Positions 1-10,215 of a stretch of 37,618 nucleotides of DNA are shown one piece after another (position 1 is the first letter of the stretch; each line of letters begins with the position of its first letter). The DNA is from Octopus bimaculoides (taxonomy: Eukaryota), in NCBI RefSeq assembly GCF_001194135.2, contig NC_069005.1, positions 26,566,847-26,604,464 of the forward strand, written 5' to 3'. The translations under genes and the position numbers were made by a program. The notes under the pieces were generated by a model. That model was not told where the DNA came from. It saw only the letters and a program-made list of their open reading frames with translations, and made no database searches.

Positions 1-72
1 GTGTGAGAAACAATGCTACCTCAACACGAGGACACTATGCAGTAGCCACTAAGCATTTTATCCAACATTCTG

Positions 73-770
73 TAATAATAATAATCTTCTCTACTCTAGG
101 CACAAGGCCAGAAATTTTGGGGGGAGGGGGGCAGTCAATTACATCAATCCCAGTACTTGACTGGTACTTAAATTTATCGACTCCGAAAGGATGAAAGGCA
201 AAGTTGACCTTGGTGGAATTTGAACTCAGAATGTAAAGACTGATGAAATACCGCTAAGCATTTCACCCGGCGTGCCAACGTTTCTGCCAGCTCACCATCT
301 TTATAATAATAATCCTTTCTATTATAAGCACAAGGCCTGAAATTTTGTGGGAGGGGGCTAGTGAATTACATCGACCCCAGTACTTGACTGGTGCTTTATT
401 TTATAAACCCTCCCCACAAAAGGATAAAAGGCTAAGTCAACCTTAGTAACATTTGAACCTAGAATACAAAAAGCCAGAGGTAATGCCACTAAACATTTTG
501 TCTAATGTGTTATAATAATAACAACAATAATAATAATAATAATAATTATCCTTTCTACTATAAACACAAGGTCTGAAATTGTTGGGGAGGGGACGAGTCA
601 ATTGCATCGACCCCAGTGTTTTTTACTGGTGCTTAATTTATCAACCTCAAAAGGATGAAAGGCAAAGTTGACCTTGGTGGAATTTGAACTCAGAACGTAG
701 CAGCAGATGAAATACTGCTAAGAGCATTTTGCCAAGCGTGCTAACGATTCTGCCAGCTCGCTGCCCTAAA
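73..770 (-). mobile_element. Head-to-tail array of three tRNA-head SINE family A copies (73-300, 302-510, 514-768), plus a head remnant at 1-70
   Basis: Recurrent ~200-bp unit. On the minus strand it has box A-like TGGCAGAA..GTTAGC and box B GTTCAAATTCC, with (ATT)n tails between copies. Confidence 0.9.
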
Positions 771-1794
771 AGAATTATAATGATAATAATAATAAATATT
801 TAGTCTGGTATCCTTAATTTTCTCAGTCCCTTCATAATTTCTTTTGAATTCCACACTGTTACCAAAGAAACAAATTCTTATTCTTATTGAAATTTTGAGA
901 AAAAACCCCAAAAGAAACAAGTATTGAAGTGGGTGGGGATGGGGGTTAAATTACAAGAGAAAAGAACAGTAGAGGAGAAGCAACAGAATGGTAAGGATGA
1001 TAAGGAATAATGGCAAGAGATGGGTTGAGGTGTGTGGAGTAGGTTAAAAGACAAGTCTTCAAGAAAATGGACAGTAAATTCATGACCTGGGATTGGGGTA
1101 GGCCAATATGAGAAGACAGATGCAGTCACAGCAGTTATTATTATTATTATTATCATTATTATCATTATTGTTGTTGGAAGATTCAAGAAATTGAGCACTG
1201 AATTAAGCCATTTAAAATTATGGTTGTGCACACAAGAGAAAAAGTGAGAAATGGGGGATTATTTTGTTCTAGATTGGCACTCACAGTGTAAAAGTATCAG
1301 CTTAGCCCAGGCCACAAAACAGTGCTGGACCATAGATCACTTGACACCAGGTCACACAGAAGGAATAAATTTTTAAAATCCTTTTCTATTTTATTGATCA
1401 TTGCAATCAAGAGGGTCTCTTTTAAACATTANNNNNNNNNNNNNNNNNNNNNNNNNNNNNNNNNNNNNNNNNNNNNNNNNNNNNNNNNNNNNNNNNNNNN
1501 NNNNNNNNNNNNNNNNNNNNNNTATATATATATATATATTATTATTATTATTATTATCATTATTATTACTATTCATATCTACTCCTAATACATCACTTTA
1601 ACATGGTATTTCTACCTATTAAATGGGTATGATATCCCAGTTTTTTTGTTTTTTGCTACTCTGGTAACTATTAACATATTTACATTATCAAAGTTTTTTT
1701 CAGCCGAGATAATATTAATATATACATATACATACATACATATATATGTGTGTGTGTGTGTAATATATATATGTATTAGATAGGTTCAATATAA

Positions 1795-2094
1795 TATGGG
1801 AACCTGCTGAAAATTAGCGAGAAGATCAGGCAAAGAGGGTTGTGACTATCTGGTCACATGTGCATGTGCCACCCTGAACTGGAAGCGTCCAAATTAGTCT
1901 TTTGGAATGCACATCATTGTGATGTAAGACGACGAAAATGTCGTCACATTTATATCGACAATTTGATCGCACACACTGGCCTGGAATGTATCCAGGACTT
2001 CGAGGCAGTGACGATGGACTGAAAAAGTGTGGTGGGTGGATTTTGTTGCTGCTGTGGCCTGGGTTGGACCGAGCCACAAAAAAAAAAAAAAAAA
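1795..2094 (+). mobile_element. 5'-truncated RTE-like LINE 3' end with poly(A) tail, decayed
   Basis: The frame from 1801 reads LLKISEKIRQRGL*LSGHMCMCHPELEASKLVFWNAHH...RHIYIDNLIAHTGLE, which resembles the RTE-clade ORF C-terminus (IRxRRLRLAGH...YIDNL). It is followed by an A-run at 2078-2094. Confidence 0.7.
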
Positions 2095-3295
2095 GAAGGA
2101 ATATATAAGTATTATATAGATAATATATATGTATTAAATGTGTAATAATTAAATTATAAATTATGCATTTTATTGTTTTGCTGTAACGAACCTTCGACCT
2201 ATTGTAAAATTGTCTTAGATGAAATTGGTCTGTTGTGTTAAAGAGGTTGGGAACCGGTACTTTAAACCATAACTCTCTGTCAGCCTGTTGGGGGATTTTG
2301 GATTAAATGATTGTATATGTGAGAGAGAGAGAGAGAGAGAGAAATTAGTTCATTAGTCTCCAAGCTGAACAAACATTTACATATTGATAAAGAGGCAGTA
2401 ACAAGGTTAACAACAATAGTATTTATAGATGAGCAACAGTGGCAAGATCAACAAGGAACATTTAAAAATAAAATTCAGTTCATGAATAAGACAAAACCTC
2501 TCTGCTCCGCATCCCTAAAATAATTCAGGAGATAGGTTGAAGGAAATCAGAATCATGGAGTTACAAAAAAAAAAAAAAAAATTGCTAAGAAAAAAAAAAA
2601 AGAAAAAAAATTCAGATAANNNNNNNNNNNNNNNNNNNNNNNNNNNNNNNNNNNNNNNNNNNNNNNNNNNNNNNNNNNNNNNNNNNNNNNNNNNNNNNNN
2701 NNNNNNNNNNNNNNNNNNNNNNNNNNNNNNNNNNNNNNNNNNNNNNNNNNNNNNNNNNNNNNNNNNNNNNNNNNNNNNNNNNNNNNNNNNNNNNNNNNNN
2801 NNNNNNNNNNNNNNNNNNNNNNNNNNNNNNNNNNNNNNNNNNNNNNNNNNNNNNNNNNNNNNNNNNNNNNNNNNNNNNNNNNNNNNNNNNNNNNNNNNNN
2901 NNNNNNNNNNNNNNNNNNNNNNNNNNNNNNNNNNNNNNNNNNNNNNNNNNNNNNNNNNNNNNNNNNNNNNNNNNNNNNNNNNNNNNNNNNNNNNNNNNNN
3001 NNNNNNNNNNNNNNNNNNNNNNNNNNNNNNNNNNNNNNNNNNNNNNNNNNNNNNNNNNNNNNNNNNNNNNNNNNNNNNNNNNNNNNNNNNNNNNNNNNNN
3101 NNNNNNNNNNNNNNNNNNNNNNNNNNNNNNNNNNNNNNNNNNNNNNNNNNNNNNNNNNNNNNNNNNNNNNNNNNNNNNNNNNNNNNNNNNNNNNNNNNNN
3201 NNNNNNNNNNNNNNNNNNNNNNNNNNNNNNNNNNNNNNNNNNNNNNNNNNNNNNNNNNNNNNNNNNNNNNNNNNNNNNNNNNNNNNNNNNNNNNN

Positions 3296-3468
3296 GGAAG
3301 GTCGATTACATCAACCCCAGTACTCAACTGGTACTTATTTCATTGACCTTCAACAGATGAAAAGTAAAGTCGACCTCGGTGGAATTTGAACTCAGAATGT
3401 AAAGATGGGACGAAATGCCACTACGCATTTTGCCCCAGTGTGCTAACGGTTCTATCAACTTGCTGCTT
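3296..3468 (-). mobile_element. SINE family A copy, tail lost in gap
   Basis: Same body as the other family A copies (gtcgattacatc..ccccagtac..gaatttgaactcagaa). Confidence 0.85.
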
Positions 3469-4069
3469 AACTGTTTCTATCTATATATTAGCAGATGATT
3501 TGGTCAACGTTCCACATCTGAACATGTATCAAAAAGGATCTCAGATGGAATTTCTAACTGTAAGTACTCAATCAACTAAATTACCAGGCTGCTTCATGAA
3601 TTAATGCCTGAGTAGTGGAATATTCCACACATACACATACAATTACATCATAATCAAGCTCCCTTAACTGGTGCAGCCAGTCGTTGGGATTCCACTCTTG
3701 ATACTTCCGCAGTCAGCCATCACCACAGGTCTCTCTTCCCTGTCATGTGTACAGCAGGGTCATGGTGTAGTGACCTGTCAGACAAAGGTCATATAATATA
3801 AACAGGAACTGCAGCCCAACACAAAGCACATCTATTGTTTGTGGGCAAACTTTGTGCCTTCACCTGTATAAAGACAACTGCGGAATGGAAACAGATGTAG
3901 TGGATGACCAAGAGGTTTTACTTACCTCTCTGCACTACACAATGTGTTGCTGCAGCCGCCTTCCCTTCTGTTGAACTACGAAGGTTTTTTTGGGGGACTT
4001 TTTCCCCCACAGAATCCGCAGGATCCAGTCTTCACATGCATCGATAGACAAGCTCTAAATATGCTAATT

Positions 4070-4165
4070 AACCTACAGCTGGGGTCCTGATAGGTGCAGC
4101 TACTCCAGGTCAGAGTGGATCTGGGGACAACAGTGGTTAAGACTCCCACATTCCCCAAAACCAAA
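4070..4165 (+). repeat. Old interspersed repeat fragment, class unknown; second copy on the minus strand at about 20905-21060
   Basis: acctacag.tggg..cctga..ggt...tac...ct..gtcagag..gatctggg is shared by both loci in opposite orientations. Confidence 0.55.
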
Positions 4166-5267
4166 TAACAACAGTAACCATACACTGCAGTTGATTTTCC
4201 AGCTAGCAGCAATAGTTGCTGTACTTCTCTTTATCTGTAGTAACTTGATAGATGGAATGCAGCATAAGACAATCTGGAAATCCCTGTTAAAACACATTCT
4301 TCCTAAACTAACCAAAGCAAAAGCACTTTAGATTAATTACCTTAAATAGTTACTCCATTTTCCTTTTTCTAATCAAAAAAAAAAGGGAAAGTATTATCAT
4401 AATGTGAGGCAAGAGCAAGATGGCGGACAATATATATGTGTGTGTGTATGGGAATGAATGCCTTAAATCTGTGTGTGCATGTGTATTCATATTTATGTAT
4501 GTATAGGATTTGTTTCCCATTGAAAAAAAGAATTTCCAAACCCTCACATAGGCAGAGCTTACTAACTTCCCTATCAAGGGTTTGACTGTGGCAAGAAGGG
4601 ACCATTTAATTTCATTCCCAGACATTAGGTATGAAATTAAATGGGTCCATTCTGGCCACAAACCAACCTGTACAAAGGTCATATATATATACATACACAC
4701 ACACACACACACAAACAATATATATACACATACACACACCTACAAGACATAGTGACACCTTTCCTTGTGTATGTATGTATATATAGAGTGCACATGTTGC
4801 TATGTATGTATATGGGTGTGGGTGTGTGTGAGAAGAGAGAGAAAGAGAAAGTAGAGGGAATGTGTGTGTTAATGTTAACACAAAATTTGCTTCAAATTAT
4901 TTTTTTTTTTTTCTTTTTTAAGTTATAAAATATAATAAGGAAACTAATTCTTGATGAAAAATTGTCCAGAAAGTAAAATGCAAAGTNNNNNNNNNNNNNN
5001 NNNNNNNNNNNNNNNNNNNNNNNNNNNNNNNNNNNNNNNNNNNNNNNNNNNNNNNNNNNNNNNNNNNNNNNNNNNNNNNNNNNNNNNNNNNNNNNNNNNN
5101 NNNNNNNNNNNNNNNNNNNNNNNNNNNNNNNNNNNNNNNNNNNNNNNNNNNNNNNNNNNNNNNNNNNNNNNNNNNNNNNNNNNNNNNNNNNNNNNNNNNN
5201 NNNNNNNNNNNNNNNNNNNNNNNNNNNNNNNNNNNNNNNNNNNNNNNNNNNNNNNNNNNNNNNNNNN

Positions 5268-5483
5268 AGAGCTACAAGTGCTACAGGTACAAGGCCTGAA
5301 TTTTGGGGGAGGGGGACAGTCAATTACATCGACCCCAGTACTCAACTGGTACTTAATTTATCGACCTCGAAAGGATGAAAGGCAAAGTCGACCTCGGCGG
5401 AATTTGAACTCAGAACATAAAGACAGACAAAATACCGCTAAGAATTTCGCCCAGCCTGCTAACGATTCTGCCAGCTCACTACC

Positions 5484-5521
<38 letters not shown>

Positions 5522-5742
5522 CTTTTCTACTAAAGGCGCAAGGCCTGAAATTCAGGGGAAAGGATTAGTCGATTACATGGGTCCCAGTGTTTCACTGGTA
5601 CTTAATTTATCAACCCCGAAAGGATGAAAGGCAAAGTCGACCTTGGTGGAATTTGAACTCAGAACGTAAGGACGGACGAAATGCTGCTGAGCATTTTGCC
5701 CGGTGTGCTAACGATTCAGCCAGCTCACCGCCTTAACAATAA

Positions 5743-5773
<31 letters not shown>

Positions 5774-6500
5774 AATAATGGGTTTCAATTTTGGCACAGG
5801 ACCAGTAGTTTTCAAGGGGAGGGGGAAGTCGATTACATTGCCCCCCCCCCCCAGTGTTCAACTGGTATTTATTTTGTCAATGTAGGCAGAATTTGAACTC
5901 AGGACGTAAAATGCTGTAAAATGCCACAAGGCGTTTTGTCCAGCAGGCTAACGATTCTGACTTGGGGGAGTCAATTATATCAACCCCATTATTTCACTGG
6001 TACTTAATTTATTGATCCCCAAAAGGATGAAAAGGCAAAGTCGACCTTGGCGGAATTTGAACTCAGAATGTAGCAGCAGGTGAAATACGGCTAAGCTAAG
6101 CATTTTTTGCCTGGAGTGCTAACGATTCTGCCAGCCTGCAGCCTTTGTAAATAACAGTAATAATAATAATAATAACAGTTTCAAATTTTGGCACAAGGCC
6201 AGGAATTTCGGGGATGGAGGTGGGGGGGGGGGAGTCGATTACATCGACCCCAGTACTTGGCTGGTTTCTATTTCATTGACCCCGAAAGGATGAAAGGCAA
6301 AGTCGACCTTGGCGAAATTTGAACTCAGAATGTAAAGACAGACAAAGATTATTCCGCTAAGCATTATACCCAGCATGCTAACGATTCTGTCAGCTTACCG
6401 CCTTAACTGATAATAATAATAATAATTTAATAATAAATAATAATGATTTAACATAGGCACATGGCCATAAATTTTGTGGCAGAGGGGGGAAGTAGTTGAT
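5268..6500 (-). mobile_element. Head-to-tail array of SINE family A copies (5268-5487, 5521-5735, 5779-5960, 5961-6145, 6176-6405, partial 6440-6500)
   Basis: Five near-complete but mutually diverged units; most junctions carry (AAT)n. Confidence 0.92.
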
Positions 6501-7090
6501 TAGTAGATGGTTGGTGTATTTAATCTCCCTTGATGAAAAGGGGACACTGAACCGTTCATGAATATTAAAATCATGTCAGTGTTGATTTTATAAGAGATGA
6601 AGATTTAAAAAAAAAAAAAAAAAAAANNNNNNNNNNNNNNNNNNNNNNNNNNNNNNNNNNNNNNNNNNNNNNNNNNNNNNNNNNNNNNNNNNNNNNNNNN
6701 NNNNNNNNNNNNNNNNNNNNNNNNNNNNNNNNNNNNNNNNNNNNNNNNNNNNNNNNNNNNNNNNNNNNNNNNNNNNNNNNNNNNNNNNNNNNNNNNNNNN
6801 NNNNNNNNNNNNNNNNNNNNNNNNNNNNNNNNNNNNNNNNNNNNNNNNNNNNNNNNNNNNNNNNNNNNNNNNNNNNNNNNNNNNNNNNNNNNNNNNNNNN
6901 NNNNNNNNNNNNNNNNNNNNNNNNNNNNNNNNNNNNNNNNNNNNNNNNNNNNNNNNNNNNNNNNNNNNNNNNNNNNNNNNNNNNNNNNNNNNNNNNNNNN
7001 NNNNNNNNNNNNNNNNNNNNNNNNNNNNNNNNNNNNNNNNNNNNNNNNNNNNNNNNNNNNNNNNNNNNNNNNNNNNNNNNNNNNNNNNNN

Positions 7091-7091
7091 N

Positions 7092-7124
<33 letters not shown>

Positions 7125-7486
7125 TACACACACAAACATATACACATATGTACATATATGGGTATATGTGTGTGTATATATATATTTACATATATACACA
7201 CATCTGTATATATTTGTTTGCCTCAGTGTGTGTGCATGTATGTGTGCATATATACATATACACACACATTATATACATACATATATATATATATATATAT
7301 GCATATATATTTATGTACACATTATATATACATACACATATATACATATATATGCACATATATTTATATACACATTATATATACATACACATATATACAT
7401 ATATATGCACATATTTATATACACATTATATATACATACACATATATACATACATTAAATATACATATACATATATTTAAACGCAC

Positions 7487-7532
<46 letters not shown>
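7091..7532. repeat. TA/CA microsatellite field with an internal ~52-bp unit repeated about 3 times
   Basis: tacacattatata recurs at 7316, 7369 and 7420; pure (TA)n at both ends. Confidence 0.9.
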
Positions 7533-7535
<3 letters not shown>

Positions 7536-7578
7536 TCACTGCATGCCTGTCTTGGAGCAAACTGGAAGAAACAATTCG

Positions 7579-7658
7579 CTATTTCCGTTTCAACTTTTCT
7601 GGATTGTGTGAAGCCATGTTACTGAAGTCTCGGAACACATCATTGTACATTTCATCAC
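7579..7658 (-). CDS. ACAP2: ACAP terminal coding exon ([25 protein letters not shown])
   Basis: ctctttgcag| acceptor; TAG at 7579-7581; matches the ACAP C-terminal DxFRDFSxMASxNPEKL motif. Confidence 0.95.
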
Positions 7659-9261
7659 CTGCAAAGAGAAGTGAAACGTCAGAAGTTGTTATACCATGAC
7701 ACACAACATATAACACGTGTGCATTAATTGTAAACAGGAACATGGAGAGCGAGGTGGAGGGAGAGAGAGGAAAGAGAAAGAGAAAGAGAAATAGGGAGAG
7801 AGAGAAAGGTAGAGAGAGAGAGAATGGGAGAGGGAGAGAGAAAGAGAGAGGGGGAGAGAGAAAGACAGGGATAGAGATAGTGAGAGAGAGGAGAAAGAGA
7901 GTGTGGGAGAGAGGGAAAGAGAAAGAGAGGGAGAGAGAAGGAGAGAAAAAGAGAGAGTCAAGAACACCAATATACACAGAAAGAGACCAGTAGACAAACA
8001 CAGAGATACACAAATAAACACATAGACCGTCTGACTATGAATATCATACAGGATGAGTATTATACATATGTTGGAAATAAAAGAATTCATTTAACCTATG
8101 CGTTTTACTCCATTTACTAAATTTATATATATACATATATATATATATATTAATAAATTATAGGGTAGCAAAAAAATTTTAGAAATTTTATTTACCACCA
8201 GTGGTCTAGCGAGAGTAAAAAAACAGTCAATAGACTATGTATTATTCATTTAAAATGCAGAGATGCCTATAATAGGACACCTAACCCGCTAGAAAGAGCA
8301 GCAAAAGACTACATACCACAAAATTAGGGATAATTTCGATAATTTTATTTTTCATTCCCTTTCGAAATTATCCCTAATTTTGTGGTATGTAGTCTTTTGC
8401 TGCTCTTTCTAGCGGGTTAGATGTCCNNNNNNNNNNNNNNNNNNNNNNNNNNNNNNNNNNNNNNNNNNNNNNNNNNNNNNNNNNNNNNNNNNNNNNNNNN
8501 NNNNNNNNNNNNNNNNNNNNNNNNNNNNNNNNNNNNNNNNNNNNNNNNNNNNNNNNNNNNNNNNNNNNNNNNNNNNNNNNNNNNNNNNNNNNNNNNNNNN
8601 NNNNNNNNNNNNNNNNNNNNNNNNNNNNNNNNNNNNNNNNNNNNNNNNNNNNNNNNNNNNNNNNNNNNNNNNNNNNNNNNNNNNNNNNNNNNNNNNNNNN
8701 NNNNNNNNNNNNNNNNNNNNNNNNNNNNNTATATATATATAATACAAATATTAAATGAAATAGAGAAATACAATTGACAAACTAACAATTTATTTATAAT
8801 ATAATATAACATATAATTAAAAAAAAAACAGATAAAGCCAACAATTTCTTTTGACTTACATACATTAGTTGATTTATAAAAAAATCCTATCTATGTATAC
8901 AATTGGAGTAGATAAAAATCCAGGCTACACATGTTTCATAGCTAGTGGAACATCAGAAGTGGTAATTATCCAAACAAGGGGTAGACTGCATGAATAACTT
9001 GGTTACATAAAGTTTACACTGGCTTTAAGAGATCCTGTGTCAACTAGGATTTTGGGGATTTTTATTCGCATATACAGCAATCCCAGTTGCTAACCATGAA
9101 CTATGAAATAACCTTTTCTCAGGTTATCGTACTTCGATATGGGAAAAATTCACAACCTAACCACTATTGTGCCTGAAAGTTGCATTTTATACCTTCTGAG
9201 GACTGCTTGAAGCTCACTACCTTTCTACACCTTGATTTTTGGATCTTACCTTTGCATGCAT

Positions 9262-9311
<50 letters not shown>

Positions 9312-10184
9312 TTAAGGAATGGAGTGAACGCATGTTATAACTGCATACTTTATTCCGACATATGTTTCGAAGAATTACAATTTATGCGATCCATAGGATC
9401 GACGATTCCTATGGATCGCATAATTTNNNNNNNNNNNNNNNNNNNNNNNNNNNNNNNNNNNNNNNNNNNNNNNNNNNNNNNNNNNNNNNNNNNNNNNNNN
9501 NNNNNNNNNNNNNNNNNNNNNNNNNNNNNNNNNNNNNNNNNNNNNNNNNNNNNNNNNNNNNNNNNNNNNNNNNNNNNNNNNNNNNNNNNNNNNNNNNNNN
9601 NNNNNNNNNNNNNNNNNNNNNNNNNNNNNNNNNNNNNNNNNNNNNNNNNNNNNNNNNNNNNNNNNNNNNNNNNNNNNNNNNNNNNNNNNNNNNNNNNNNN
9701 NNNNNNNNNNNNNNNNNNNNNNNNNNNNNNNNNNNNNNNNNNNNNNNNNNNNNNNNNNNNNNNNNNNNNNNNNNNNNNNNNNNNNNNNNNNNNNNNNNNN
9801 NNNNNNNNNNNNNNNNNNNNNNNNNNNNNNNNNNNNNNNNNNNNNNNNNNNNNNNNNNNNNNNNNNNNNNNNNNNNNNNNNNNNNNNNNNNNNNNNNNNN
9901 NNNNNNNNNNNNNNNNNNNNNNNNNNNNNNNNNNNNNNNNNNNNNNNNNNNNNNNNNNNNNNNNNNNNNNNNNNNNNNNNNNNNNNNNNNNNNNNNNNNN
10001 NNNNNNNNNNNNNNNNNNNNNNNNNNNNNNNNNNNNNNNNNNNNNNNNNNNNNNNNTAATGCAAATTAAAAGATGAAAAAATATACCTATAAGAAGAACC
10101 GACTCAACCAATTGTAATACGAATAAAACAAACCAAGCATCTTTTAAAAAAGATTTTCTTTTATTGACTTTTTAATCTTATATG

Positions 10185-10215
<31 letters not shown>

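Noticed and set aside
884-1231. 115-aa minus-strand ORF
   Set aside because: It includes a translated (ATT)n tract and has no convincing homology; possibly an old LINE remnant.
3780-3965. Cys-rich plus-strand peptide (NRNCSPTQSTSIVCGQTLCLHLYKDNC), faintly like a piggyBac C-terminal domain
   Set aside because: Cys spacing does not fit well and there are no neighbouring transposase motifs.
3920-3976. Strong minus-strand donor GAG|gtaagt at 3926 with possible short exon
   Set aside because: Weak acceptor context, no recognisable peptide, and downstream of the ACAP stop. It could only be a UTR or other-gene exon, which needs RNA data.
4416-4426. YY1-like motif CAAGATGGCGG
   Set aside because: A single motif with no promoter or CpG context.
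8850-9240. Minus-strand LDFYLL peptide reminiscent of the Tc1/mariner PLDFxLW motif
   Set aside because: Too degenerate and interrupted by stops to call without a profile search.
9244-9252. Consensus donor AAG|gtaaga at 9250 as the candidate microexon end
   Set aside because: It is preceded by GT/TA repeats with no acceptor, and does not encode the expected residues.
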